Positions 8,825-18,833 of a stretch of 64,000 bases of DNA are shown here, in pieces. The notes under the pieces were generated by a model, which ran no database searches, had not been told where the DNA came from, and saw nothing but the letters and a program-made list of their open reading frames with translations. The DNA lies in assembly GCA_027619595.1 (NCBI GenBank), contig JAQCHP010000001.1, positions 60,694 to 124,693 on the forward strand, read 5' to 3'. A program made the translations under genes and the position numbers. The DNA comes from Planctomycetota bacterium. Lineage in GTDB: Bacteria; Planctomycetota; Planctomycetia; Pirellulales; Pirellulaceae. Each line of letters starts with the position of its first letter. Within the stretch, counting starts at the first letter, position 1.

Positions 8825-9592
8825 CTAGACAAGCGGGATGCGTAGTCCGTCGTAGGCAAGGCTCATTCGCGCCGGGAGCATTGCACACGTTTCGGCGTAG
8901 TCGAGATCGTGGGAAAGGTGGGTGAAATAGGTCTGGCGGGCTCCCACCCGTTCCGCCACCGCGATTGCCTCAGGCAGACTGAAATGGGTGATGTGGGGGC
9001 TCGGCCGCAGGGCGTCGAGCACCAAAACTTCCAGTCCCTGCAGTCGTTCCCAGCTTTCGTCAGGAAGGCCGTTGGTGTCGGTGCAATAAGCGACGTTGCC
9101 AAACCGAAATCCCAAAACCCGAAACCGGGGTCCGTGGTTGAGCCGAATGGGCAGCACCACTGCCCCTAAAACCTCGAACGGCTCGGTGCTGATTCGATGG
9201 AATTCAAGTTGAGGGACGGCTCCGGCATGTGTCGGCTCAAGATCGGTGAATGCGTAATCAAAGGCCCGGCGGATCCGCTGCTCAACGACCTCCTCACAGT
9301 ACAGCGGGATCGGTTTCCCGATCGAGAAGGGGAAGAGGCGTACGTCATCGAGCCCCATGACGTGATCGGCGTGTTCGTGTGTGTAGACAACCGCGTGAGC
9401 AACTCCCAAACTTTCTCGCAACATTTGGGAGCGGAGGTCCGGTGGGGTATCGACCAAAAGCACGCCGCCGGGCAGTCCGACCGCCAGTCCGCATCGTAAC
9501 CGTTTGTTCCGTGGGTCGGCGCTCAGGCAGACCGCGCAGCCACACCCGAGGGTCGGGACACCGACAGAAGTGCCCGTTCCTAGTAAGATCAT
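8825..9592 (-). CDS. MBL-fold metallo-hydrolase (PhnP-like)
   Basis: Contains the HxHxDH motif VYTHEHADHVMG. The canonical family N-terminus MILLGTGTSVGVP begins at internal Met 9592. The ORF is open up to 9685. Confidence 0.7.
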   Translation of the reverse strand: MILLGTGTSVGVPTLGCGCAVCLSADPRNKRLRCGLAVGLPGGVLLVDTPPDLRSQMLRESLGVAHAVVYTHEHADHVMGLDDVRLFPFSIGKPIPLYCEEVVEQRIRRAFDYAFTDLEPTHAGAVPQLEFHRISTEPFEVLGAVVLPIRLNHGPRFRVLGFRFGNVAYCTDTNGLPDESWERLQGLEVLVLDALRPSPHITHFSLPEAIAVAERVGARQTYFTHLSHDLDYAETCAMLPARMSLAYDGLRIPLV

Positions 9593-9761
9593 CTGGCCGG
9601 AGATGTCACGGGAGCGAAATGGGATCACGGGCTCAGCCTGACAGATGATAGCTCTCCCCGCAACCCGATCCAAGCTTTTGGGCACGGTGTTTGCAACCGA
9701 AGCGGGAGGCCTGTCAGAGTCGCGCGAAATTGGCAGAACGCCGGGAAGATGCTGCGCGGCG

Positions 9762-9790
9762 TTGACCCTGCTGCTTATTCGTTGTAAGAT
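9762..9790 (+). promoter_or_regulatory. Candidate sigma-70-type promoter for secA
   Basis: TTGACC (9762-9767), an exact 17-nt spacer, then TAAGAT (9785-9790), about 115 nt upstream of the secA ATG. A perfect 12-nt palindrome GTAAGGCCTTAC follows at 9800-9811. The planctomycete promoter consensus is poorly defined. Confidence 0.35.
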
Positions 9791-9905
9791 CCTCAGCAGT
9801 AAGGCCTTACGCTCTTTCGTGCGTTCCTAGGTGGGGCGCCGGTAGAGACAAGCGGTAGTGAACGAACGCCGCATTGGGCATTTTTTGGCATGACGGTGAC
9901 CGATC

Positions 9906-12900
9906 ATGGACGCGCTCGAACGAAGTTGGGAAGTACTTAGCGAAGTTGTCAACGGCGCGATGCGTGGTTTCGAACGCACCGTCACGTCGATGTTTGGAAC
10001 ATCCAATGCGCGGCAGGTTCGGCGTCTGCAGTCGCGAGTTGACAGCATTAACAGCCTGGAGTCCAAGTACCAGGCGCTGGGCGATGCGGAACTACGTGAG
10101 CAAACGGTTCGCTTTCGCCAGCGATTGCAGGCCGGTGAGACGCTGGATGACCTCTTGGTAGAGGCGTTTGCCGTATGTCGCGAAGCGGGACGTCGTTACC
10201 TCTCGATGCGACATTACGACGTGCAATTGGTGGGTGGGATGGTGCTCCACCAGGGCGCCATTGCCGAAATGATCACCGGTGAGGGAAAAACGCTGGTCGC
10301 CACTCTTCCCGCCTATCTGAATGCCTTAGATGGCAAGGGTGTGCACGTAGTTACGGTCAACGACTACCTCGCACGCCGCGACATGGAATGGATGGCGCCG
10401 CTGTACATGGGGCTTGGTTTGACTGTGGGCACGATCCAAAGCGACATGCCCGTGTACGAAAAGCAAAAGGCCTATATGGCCGACATTGCCTATGGTACGA
10501 ACAACGAATTCGGCTTTGACTATCTGCGCGACAATATGCGCCCGGCAAGACAAGGGGACAACCGCTATCCACCCGACTACCAGCAGTCGCAGCGAAGGCT
10601 TAACTTTGCCATCATCGACGAAGTCGACAATATCCTCATTGACGAAGCGCGTACTCCGTTGATTATTTCGGGACCGGCTCACGACAATGTCGAGCAATAC
10701 ACCGAAGCGGATAAAATTGCCCGACTATTGACCAAGGGCGAGCATTTTGAAGTCAATGAGAAAGATCATCATGTCAACCTGACCGACGAGGGAATTCGCG
10801 AAGCGGAGCGTTTGGCGGGAGTTGAGAGTTTTTACACGGCGGGCAATATGCAGTGGCCGCACTTGATTGATAACGCGCTGAAGGCTCGCTATCTCTACAA
10901 GTTGGACGTCAACTATGTTGTCAAGGAAGGACGTGTTGTCATCGTTGATGAGTTTACCGGCCGCTTGATGGAAGGTAGACAATGGAGCGACGGATTGCAT
11001 CAAGCCGTAGAAGCCAAAGAAGGGGTGAAGATTAAGAAAGAAACCCAGACTCTGGCGACCGTTACCTTGCAGAACTTTTTCAAGTTGTACCGAAAAGTCG
11101 CCGGAATGACGGGTACGGCCATGACCGAGGCGGGCGAGTTTTGGAAAATCTATAAGCTCGAAGTAATCGCGATTCCTTCCAATCGTAAATTGCAACGGAT
11201 CGAACATCCGGATCGAATCTTTTGTACGGAAGAAGAAAAATATCGGGCGGTAGCGAATGAGATTGAGCTCATGAATCGCTGGGATGTCGTTGAATTGCGA
11301 AATGGAGAGCTGTTATCTGGAGAATTGGTTAAAGAGGGTGAGCAGTCGGTCCTGATTCGGCCACGCGACACCAAGGAAGAGCGGACTGTCGCCCGCAAGG
11401 AGATTCGTTCGGTTCAACGCCGTGGGCGTCCCGTACTGGTGGGGACCACGTCGATTGAAAAGAGTGAACTATTGTCCGGGATACTTGAACGGCGCGGAGT
11501 GCCGCATCAGGTGTTGAACGCCAAAAATCATGGTCGTGAGGCCGCGATTGTGGCCCAAGCGGGGCGGATGGGGTCGGTTACGATTGCCACCAATATGGCG
11601 GGGCGAGGGACCGACATCATTATGGGGGGAAATCCCGAAACGATGGCGTGGGCTCAGTTGCAGGACAAATATGCCACACGGTTGGACGTGCCACGCGAAG
11701 AATGGGATGCTTTGATCGCAGAAGTCGATGCTCGCGAAAAAATGAAAGAAGAAGGAGTTGTCGTCAAAGCATTGGGCGGGTTGCACGTTATCGGTACCGA
11801 ACGACACGAGGCACGTCGCATCGACTTGCAGTTGCGTGGACGCTGCGGTCGACAGGGCGATCCTGGTAGTAGTCGCTTTTACCTGTCGCTGCGAGATGAC
11901 CTCATGCGGATCTTTGCCGGACCGTTCGTGGAAAAGGTCCTCAAGCGTCTGGGCCTGCCCGAAGGGGAGCCCATCGAAAGTCGTATGGTGAGTCGTCGTA
12001 TCGAGGCTGCCCAAAAGAAGGTTGAAGAGAAGAATTTTGAGATTCGTAAGAATCTGCTGGAATACGACGAAGTCATGGACGAACAGCGAAAGCGTGTCTA
12101 TCGCTATCGACAGGGCATCTTGGATGGCGCGAACTGCAAGGAAATGATCTTGGATATGGTCGACGAGCAGGTCGAGCATTTTGTCGGCGAATTTTTGCGG
12201 CGGGACTACGGAGTTCAATTGTTTTCTGCGTGGGTCGGGTCGCGCGTCGGCGCACAGTTTGAACCGCGTGACTTTCGGGGTCTGGAATTTGATGCGGCAG
12301 CCGAACACGCACGCGATGAGGCCAAGCGACAATCCGGATTGGCCATTCGTGATGCGCTGGAGGAAAATCTGCCATCGGGCGAAGACGAGGCCGAGTGGAA
12401 CTGGAACGCCATGGCCGGTCTGGCAAATGCACGGTGGAGTCTGCACCTGCGAGACGGGGAGCTCAAGAAAGTCGGTCGCGATGCGGTCGAGGAATTGCTG
12501 ACGGAAAAAGCAGAAAAGGCGATCGACGCGCTTGATCTCAGTGAAGGACGGCAATATTTGGCTGCCGAATTTGGTGTCCGCACCGCGTGCGCATGGGCAT
12601 TTCATAAATTTGGCCTGACCATTCAGCCCGAGGAACTCAAGTCGTCGGATGCGAACCAAATTACGTCGCTTATTCAATCGCGTGCTAGGGAATTGTATGA
12701 ATCCAAGGAGTCGGATTTTCCGGTGATGGCAGGCATCTGCCGATTCACCGCCAGATTTTCCGGGGGTACTTACAGAATTGATCGAGCCCAATTGGCCGAC
12801 TGGGCCAAAGTTCGGTTTGATGCCGATGTGAATTTTGACGACATTAAGAATAAGGAGCGTGATGAGCTGCAAACGCTACTCGTACCGTTCAGTCGCCAGC

Positions 12901-13595
12901 AGCACGAGCGGGCTCAGGAAGCGATTCAGCAAATTCCCGATCTGGTAGGGAGGTTGTATGACGGGCATTCTCCGGAACAGTCAGTACGACTCGTGACGGG
13001 AGGCAATGGGACACTGGAATCGCTTAAGAGCTGGCTTGAGAGCCATACCACGCATCGTGTCGACGAGCGCGATTGGGCCGAACTTGACCGCCCGCAGCTG
13101 GAAAGCTGGTTGCGAAACGCCATCGAAGACCGTTTTCATCCCGAGATTCGCGCCATTGAACGCCGTGTATTGCTGGACTTGGTCGACATGGCCTGGAAAG
13201 ATCATTTGTTGACGATGGACCACCTTCGCCATGCCGTTGGATTGGTAGGGTATGCTCAGGTGGATCCCAAGGTCGAATATAAACGCGAAGGCATGAAAAT
13301 GTTCGAGCAGATGTGGGAATCCTTGGGCGAACGAGTGACGGATGTAATCTTCCGAGTTGAGCAGTTGGATGAATCCGTCGTCCGGCAGTCTGTCTTGCAA
13401 CCAACCCAGGCTGTGCATGCAGCAGCCCCATCTGCCATCGAAATGGCAGACGACGAGACTTCCAGCAACGCCGGAAACTCGGAGACAACGGTAGAGACAA
13501 TTCGCAATGTCGGCGAAAAGGTCGGGAGAAATTCGTTGTGCCCCTGTGGGAGCGGCAAGAAGTACAAGAGCTGCTGTATGCGTACGGAAGCCTAA
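9906..13595 (+). CDS. secA: Preprotein translocase ATPase SecA (expanded, 1229 aa)
   Basis: Motifs: MITGEGKTLVATLPAYLNAL (Walker A), IIDEVDNILIDEARTPLIISG, MTGTAMTEAGEF, TNMAGRGTDI. The C-terminal zinc motif is CPCGSGKKYKSCC. Confidence 0.97.
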   Translation: MDALERSWEVLSEVVNGAMRGFERTVTSMFGTSNARQVRRLQSRVDSINSLESKYQALGDAELREQTVRFRQRLQAGETLDDLLVEAFAVCREAGRRYLSMRHYDVQLVGGMVLHQGAIAEMITGEGKTLVATLPAYLNALDGKGVHVVTVNDYLARRDMEWMAPLYMGLGLTVGTIQSDMPVYEKQKAYMADIAYGTNNEFGFDYLRDNMRPARQGDNRYPPDYQQSQRRLNFAIIDEVDNILIDEARTPLIISGPAHDNVEQYTEADKIARLLTKGEHFEVNEKDHHVNLTDEGIREAERLAGVESFYTAGNMQWPHLIDNALKARYLYKLDVNYVVKEGRVVIVDEFTGRLMEGRQWSDGLHQAVEAKEGVKIKKETQTLATVTLQNFFKLYRKVAGMTGTAMTEAGEFWKIYKLEVIAIPSNRKLQRIEHPDRIFCTEEEKYRAVANEIELMNRWDVVELRNGELLSGELVKEGEQSVLIRPRDTKEERTVARKEIRSVQRRGRPVLVGTTSIEKSELLSGILERRGVPHQVLNAKNHGREAAIVAQAGRMGSVTIATNMAGRGTDIIMGGNPETMAWAQLQDKYATRLDVPREEWDALIAEVDAREKMKEEGVVVKALGGLHVIGTERHEARRIDLQLRGRCGRQGDPGSSRFYLSLRDDLMRIFAGPFVEKVLKRLGLPEGEPIESRMVSRRIEAAQKKVEEKNFEIRKNLLEYDEVMDEQRKRVYRYRQGILDGANCKEMILDMVDEQVEHFVGEFLRRDYGVQLFSAWVGSRVGAQFEPRDFRGLEFDAAAEHARDEAKRQSGLAIRDALEENLPSGEDEAEWNWNAMAGLANARWSLHLRDGELKKVGRDAVEELLTEKAEKAIDALDLSEGRQYLAAEFGVRTACAWAFHKFGLTIQPEELKSSDANQITSLIQSRARELYESKESDFPVMAGICRFTARFSGGTYRIDRAQLADWAKVRFDADVNFDDIKNKERDELQTLLVPFSRQQHERAQEAIQQIPDLVGRLYDGHSPEQSVRLVTGGNGTLESLKSWLESHTTHRVDERDWAELDRPQLESWLRNAIEDRFHPEIRAIERRVLLDLVDMAWKDHLLTMDHLRHAVGLVGYAQVDPKVEYKREGMKMFEQMWESLGERVTDVIFRVEQLDESVVRQSVLQPTQAVHAAAPSAIEMADDETSSNAGNSETTVETIRNVGEKVGRNSLCPCGSGKKYKSCCMRTEA

Positions 13596-13631
13596 TCCAC
13601 TGACGGTGCGAAGTAGGGATACGAGGTAGGG

Positions 13632-15014
13632 ATGCGAAACATCGTCGCATGGATGTTCAATGGTCTCTACGTCGTTGCGTTGCTTACTTGTGCGCCTTGG
13701 TTGGCCTATCGCTCTTGGCAGCGGGGACTGTCCCTAACTCCGCTGATGGGTCGGTTTCGTGGCGACGCTCCCCACCGGAACGCGAAGGCCAAGAGTTGTG
13801 TCTGGTTGCACGCGGTTAGCGTGGGAGAAGTGGGGGCACTGAACACGCTCATTCTGGAGTTGCAGTTTAGGCTTCCCGAAACGCAGTTCGTGTTATCAAC
13901 AACAACTGCCAGTGGTTTTCGGGTTGCCCAGCAACGGTATCCGAACCTTCCGGTGTTCTACAGTCCGTTGGACTTCAGTTGGTCGGTACGACGCGCTCTG
14001 CGTCATATTCGGCCTGACCTGATTGTGTTTTGTGAATTGGAGATTTGGCCCAATTGGGTCCTGGCGGCTGCGCAACAAGGGGTGCGCACAGCGATTGTGA
14101 ACGGACGGTTGAGTCAGCGAAGTTTCCGTGGGTATTCGCGCTTTCAGGCGATATTTTCGACGATTATTGGTCGGTTTGACGTGGTGGCCTGCCAGACCGA
14201 GGCAGATGCGGCTCGATTTCGCGCGATTGGCGCCACGGAATCGGCGGTGAGCGTGACAGGTTCGCTCAAGTTTGACGGTGCCGAAATCGATCGGCTTAAC
14301 TCCAAAACCGAGTCATTGCGTCAACTCGCAGAGATTGGCCCCGAAGATACGATCTTGTTGGCGGGGAGCACATCCGCGCCCGAAGAACAGATTGTTCTTG
14401 CCTCGTTCGCCGAATTGGCAGGTTCTTTTCCCCGACTCAAGTTGATTCTTGTGCCTCGTCATCCAGAGCGCTTCGCGGAAGTTGCGGCTTGGGTGCAAGC
14501 CAGCGGATATCCTTGGGTCCGCCGTAGTCAACTCGATCGTGAAAAAATGGCCGGATGGCGAGTGTTGCTCGTCGATTCCCTAGGAGAACTGGGGGGCTGG
14601 TGGGGGGTGGCTCAAATGGCATACGTAGGTGGTAGTATGGGGCCACGCGAGGGACAAAATATGATTGAACCTGCGGCCTATGGCGCAGCGGTCTGCTTTG
14701 GGCCCCGCACCAAGAATTTTCGGGATGTGGTGCGACAGTTGTTGGACGCTCAGGCTGCAGAAATAGTCGAAAATCGAGCGGAACTTACCGATTTCGTTCG
14801 CCGGTGCCTGGTCGACGTTACCCGCCGCCAACAGATTGGGAATCGAGCCCAAGCGGTGGTGTTAAGGAATCAGGGCGCGACCCAGCTGACGGCTGAATTA
14901 TTGGTAAAACAGGTCGCTCAAGAACTGCCGACCGGTCGGTTGTCAAATGGACCTCCTGCGCCTTATATTGGAAGGCTTGGCCATCGCCAGCGGAACTGGC
15001 TTCGACGCGGATGA
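13632..15014 (+). CDS. waaA: 3-deoxy-D-manno-octulosonic acid (Kdo) transferase
   Basis: N-terminal TM anchor, the [10 protein letters not shown] motif, VPRHPERF, and [19 protein letters not shown]. These are typical of the WaaA/KdtA glycosyltransferase family. Confidence 0.88.
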   Translation: MRNIVAWMFNGLYVVALLTCAPWLAYRSWQRGLSLTPLMGRFRGDAPHRNAKAKSCVWLHAVSVGEVGALNTLILELQFRLPETQFVLSTTTASGFRVAQQRYPNLPVFYSPLDFSWSVRRALRHIRPDLIVFCELEIWPNWVLAAAQQGVRTAIVNGRLSQRSFRGYSRFQAIFSTIIGRFDVVACQTEADAARFRAIGATESAVSVTGSLKFDGAEIDRLNSKTESLRQLAEIGPEDTILLAGSTSAPEEQIVLASFAELAGSFPRLKLILVPRHPERFAEVAAWVQASGYPWVRRSQLDREKMAGWRVLLVDSLGELGGWWGVAQMAYVGGSMGPREGQNMIEPAAYGAAVCFGPRTKNFRDVVRQLLDAQAAEIVENRAELTDFVRRCLVDVTRRQQIGNRAQAVVLRNQGATQLTAELLVKQVAQELPTGRLSNGPPAPYIGRLGHRQRNWLRRG

Positions 15015-15079
15015 TACGCGATGTGGCTCCTCCCGAATACCTTCTACCTTACTATCTATCTATTGGAGTGACTCTAACC

Positions 15080-16249
15080 ATGAGCCGGTTCTTATTTACA
15101 AGCGAATCTGTCAGCATGGGGCACCCAGACAAGTTGGCCGATCGAATTTCGGATGGCGTGCTGGATGCTCTCTTTGCACAGGACCCGTATAGCCGTGTGG
15201 CTTGCGAAACGATGGTCACGACGGGAGTTGCGATCGTTGCCGGCGAAATTACGACAAAAGCGGTTGTAAATTATCAGGACGTTGTTCGTGATGTTATTCG
15301 TGAAGTCGGTTATGTTGACGACCAAATGGGAATTTGCGCCGATACCTGCGCGGTGCTCGTGGCCATCGATCGACAGAGCCCAGATATTGCTCAAGGAGTG
15401 GATGATCGTCCTGATGCAGGAAAAGACATTGGCGCCGGTGATCAAGGGCTCATGTTCGGTTATGCCTGCGATGATACGCCCGAATTGATGCCATTACCGA
15501 TCGCACTGTCCCATCGCATTATCAATCGCCTGACAGAGGCACGGCAGCGTGGTGAAGTCAATTGGTTGCGACCCGATAGCAAGAGTCAAGTAAGCATCGA
15601 GTATGTTGATCACAAGGCAGTTCGTTTGGACACGGTCGTGGTTTCGACTCAGCATTCACCAGATGTTGAACATCAAACGATTCGGGATTATGTAATTAAG
15701 AAGATCGTCGAGCCCGTTCTACCCAAGGAATTGGCGAAAGGGGATATCACGTATCACATCAACCCGACTGGTCGCTTTGTGGTCGGTGGCCCGCACGGCG
15801 ATTGCGGTCTCACCGGCAGGAAAATCATTGTCGACACCTACGGTGGCTGGGGGCGGCATGGTGGTGGAGCCTTTAGCGGTAAGGATCCCACGAAGGTCGA
15901 TCGCAGCGCTGCTTACATGGCGCGTCACGTGGCGAAAAACATTGTAGCGTCGGGAGCTGCATCGCGCTGCGAAGTTCAGTTGGCCTATGCAATTGGTGTT
16001 ACGCAACCTGTCAGTGTGCACGTGGATACACAAGGTACTGGTCGTGTCGACGATGAAAGGTTGTGCGCTGTAGTACGTGAATTTTTTCCCTTGACACCGC
16101 GTGGCATTATCGAGCACCTGCAGTTGCGTCGACCTATTTATCGAAAGACTGCTGCAGGCGGACATTTCGGCCGTTCCGAGCCAGAATTTCTTTGGGAAGG
16201 GACAGCCCGAGCGGCTGAATTTGCCAAAGCCTGCGGCCTGCCAAAATGA
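15080..16249 (+). CDS. metK: S-adenosylmethionine synthase
   Basis: ATG 15080 gives [30 protein letters not shown], close to the E. coli MetK N-terminus. Also [12 protein letters not shown] and [19 protein letters not shown]. The ORF is open from 15011. Confidence 0.97.
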   Translation: MSRFLFTSESVSMGHPDKLADRISDGVLDALFAQDPYSRVACETMVTTGVAIVAGEITTKAVVNYQDVVRDVIREVGYVDDQMGICADTCAVLVAIDRQSPDIAQGVDDRPDAGKDIGAGDQGLMFGYACDDTPELMPLPIALSHRIINRLTEARQRGEVNWLRPDSKSQVSIEYVDHKAVRLDTVVVSTQHSPDVEHQTIRDYVIKKIVEPVLPKELAKGDITYHINPTGRFVVGGPHGDCGLTGRKIIVDTYGGWGRHGGGAFSGKDPTKVDRSAAYMARHVAKNIVASGAASRCEVQLAYAIGVTQPVSVHVDTQGTGRVDDERLCAVVREFFPLTPRGIIEHLQLRRPIYRKTAAGGHFGRSEPEFLWEGTARAAEFAKACGLPK

Positions 16250-16341
16250 GCGTCCGTTTCCCCTGGAGGCCTCCGTGTAACGCGCGGCAAGGGGAGTGAT
16301 TGTCATCTATAATCGGGCTTGGGCTGGCGTTCCATCGAACC

Positions 16342-17148
16342 ATGAATCTCCGCGCTACGTTGGGAAGCACGATCGTTGGAATGCAGCTGGTCCTAGCTTC
16401 CCTTGTTGGCCTTCGCGGAATGTCCAAAGGGGCGTCCGCCTATGGCGGATATAGCCTGAGTGCCATCGTGTGCGGGGCCTTCTTGCTGGCCGCGGTGGGC
16501 GGGGGCAGCCTATGGGTTGTAATGAATTCTCGTGCCGACCAAGCGGACGGTTCGAGTTCTCGGCTCTTAAGTTGGATGAATCGACTGGCGGCCTTGTTTG
16601 TACTGCTGGGGTTGGGGTTCGCCCGTGTTCCGATAGCCCTTTGGCTGGTTGTCGGATTGTTCTTCTTGGGTGCCGATTTTTTGGGCCACTGGCTCAGGAA
16701 TTCGTCCGTGGCGGAGGGCATCGGTCAACAGTCGTTAACTCCGGATGTAACCCCACAGCATAAGATCGATGCGGAGGTCATGGTCGAAGATGAAGAATTG
16801 CATGAATCGACGGAAGAGATGCCGGAATCCTTTTTTGAAGAATCGATGGATCAGCGAATCACGAGGAGCATGAAAACGCCAGATGGCGATGTCTTACATG
16901 CTGTCGTTCGGTGCCGCTTTTTCCCACATCAAAGAAACGGGACGGTCCATATCGGATTTTGTCCCCCGTTCCGCGCGATACCCGAGATTACGGTGCGCGC
17001 GATCGATGGCCCTGATGCTGGGGTTACTATGAGTGAAACCCTGGCCTGGGGTGCGCGAATTGATATTCGTCTGCACCAAGACTTGCCAGATCCCTCGAGC
17101 TGTGTGTTTGAAGTACTTGCCCACGTGGCCTCCGTATCAAGCAATTGA
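16342..17148 (+). CDS. Hypothetical membrane protein (about 4 TM helices plus an acidic linker and a C-terminal soluble domain)
   Basis: Long ORF with hydrophobic helices (SLSAIVCGAFLLAAVGGGSLWVV, LAALFVLLGLGF, IALWLVVGLFFLGADFLG). I recognise no family motif. The start is uncertain: alternative start at 16300 or ATG at 16342. Confidence 0.45.
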   Translation: MNLRATLGSTIVGMQLVLASLVGLRGMSKGASAYGGYSLSAIVCGAFLLAAVGGGSLWVVMNSRADQADGSSSRLLSWMNRLAALFVLLGLGFARVPIALWLVVGLFFLGADFLGHWLRNSSVAEGIGQQSLTPDVTPQHKIDAEVMVEDEELHESTEEMPESFFEESMDQRITRSMKTPDGDVLHAVVRCRFFPHQRNGTVHIGFCPPFRAIPEITVRAIDGPDAGVTMSETLAWGARIDIRLHQDLPDPSSCVFEVLAHVASVSSN

Positions 17149-17355
17149 AACCAAGCAATTGACCGAAATCGCAGGGAGCAACTCCATGGCACGCTGGCCC
17201 CAATCGACTCGAGTTACCGTGATTACCTACGCAGCGATATTCCTAGGATTTCCTTTGTTAGCTTGGATGCTGAGAGTGTGGGTTAACGGCGGAAGTTGAG
17301 ATGTGACCGCAATGGATGCTTCTTTGTTGATTTTTGTAAAGGAGGGGGGTGTTTG

Positions 17356-18762
17356 ATGACCGAGCGAAACGAATTATCACATCGCCTTGCTGCGGCCGGA
17401 CAGGAGCACGTCCTTCAATTCTGGGATCAGCTGGACTCGATCGAGCAGCAGCGATTAACGCAACAGGTTACGATGCTGGACATACCTCTGTTGCAGACGT
17501 TGGTCGAACCGAGCGGTCTGCACCACGATTGGTCCAACATCGCCAACCGCGCAAAATCACCGTCAGCGATTCGGTGCGATTCGACCGAGAATCGATTTTC
17601 CCGCCAAGAGGCAAGAAATCAGGGTGAACGTGCACTGCGCTTGGGTAAGGTGGCCGCAGTCTTGGTGGCCGGCGGTCAGGGGACGCGACTGGGATTTCCT
17701 CATCCAAAAGGCATGTATCCGATAGGACCGATTTCAAAACGTACGTTGTTTCAGGTTCTAGCCGATCAGTTGCGTGCTGTGCGACGAGCCTGCGACGCCA
17801 TAATTCCCTTGTTCCTGATGACAAGTCCTGCGACGCACGAGGAAACAATCGACTATTTGACAGCGAACCAATATTTGGGCCTCGATCCAGCATCGGTGCA
17901 AGTCTTTTGTCAGGGAACGATGCCGGCCGTTGACGTCCACACCGGTCGGATTTTGCTCGAGGCCCCAGATCGCTTGTCATTGAGTCCCGACGGCCACGGT
18001 GGAACGGTAGCTGCGCTCGCACGACATGGGTCTCTTAAGAAAATGGAGCAGTTGGGCATCGACTATATTTTCTATTTTCAAGTTGACAATCCGCTGGTCA
18101 GCGTGTGTGATGCGGAGTTTATTGGCTACCACATATTGGCCGGTTCCGAAATGTCGACGCAGGTGGTCGCCAAGCAGGAACCGGGCGACCGAGTGGGCAA
18201 CGTCGTCGAAGTCGATGGTCGGTTGCAGATCATTGAATACAGCGATCTTCCACTGGAAGCTGCCGAGCGAAGGCATCCCGACGGGACGTTAGTGATGTGG
18301 GCCGGCAATACGGCCGTGCATGTTATTGATCGGGCCTTCATGGAACGGGCTCAATCCGAAGCGATATTGCCTTTTCACCGGGCCTTGAAGAAGGTTGTCA
18401 CAATCGACGAGCGGGGTGAGGAGGTTGTGCCCGATCATCCCAACGCGATCAAATTCGAACGATTCATTTTTGATCTGTTGCCTAGTGCAAAAAACTCGAT
18501 CGTGGTGGAAGTTCGTGAAGAGGAGTACTTTGCTCCTGTAAAAAACCCGTCGGGAGCGAGCAAAGATTCGCCCAACACGGCGCAGGCAGCGATGGTTCGA
18601 CAACATCGCAGGTTGCTACGTGCTGCAGGGGCTATTGTTAGTGAAGACGTATGCGTGGAAGTAAATCCGTTATTTGCACGCGATGTTTCCGAAATGAAGT
18701 TGCGTCTGGCGTCTGGAGTTTGTATTGACGGTCCAACCTATTTCGCCTCAGTTGAGAAATGA
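17356..18762 (+). CDS. UDP-sugar / UDP-N-acetylhexosamine pyrophosphorylase (UDPGP/UAP1 family)
   Basis: The ATG follows AGGAGGGGGG. Motifs: LVAGGQGTRLGFPHPKGMYPIG, LFLMTSPATHEETIDYL, SPDGHGG, YIFYFQVDNPLV. These are characteristic of the eukaryote-type UDPGP family. Confidence 0.8.
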   Translation: MTERNELSHRLAAAGQEHVLQFWDQLDSIEQQRLTQQVTMLDIPLLQTLVEPSGLHHDWSNIANRAKSPSAIRCDSTENRFSRQEARNQGERALRLGKVAAVLVAGGQGTRLGFPHPKGMYPIGPISKRTLFQVLADQLRAVRRACDAIIPLFLMTSPATHEETIDYLTANQYLGLDPASVQVFCQGTMPAVDVHTGRILLEAPDRLSLSPDGHGGTVAALARHGSLKKMEQLGIDYIFYFQVDNPLVSVCDAEFIGYHILAGSEMSTQVVAKQEPGDRVGNVVEVDGRLQIIEYSDLPLEAAERRHPDGTLVMWAGNTAVHVIDRAFMERAQSEAILPFHRALKKVVTIDERGEEVVPDHPNAIKFERFIFDLLPSAKNSIVVEVREEEYFAPVKNPSGASKDSPNTAQAAMVRQHRRLLRAAGAIVSEDVCVEVNPLFARDVSEMKLRLASGVCIDGPTYFASVEK

Positions 18763-18833
18763 ATCTGCGGGCAGTCTTCGGATGGTCGGTGGAACGTTAT
18801 TCTGTTGAAACCTATTGAAGAGGTCGATCAATC

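Noticed and set aside
11469-12872. 467-aa minus-strand ORF
   Set aside because: It lies entirely antisense to secA, whose identity is unambiguous. Its sequence has no recognisable motifs. Long antisense ORFs are common in GC-rich coding DNA.
17186-17299. Possible 37-aa single-TM micro-ORF (MARWPQSTRVTVITYAAIFLGFPLLAWMLRVWVNGGS) between the hypothetical membrane protein and the UDPGP gene
   Set aside because: It is the tail of a longer ORF that overlaps the upstream gene. It has no clear ribosome-binding site and I cannot check conservation, so it is not reported as a feature.
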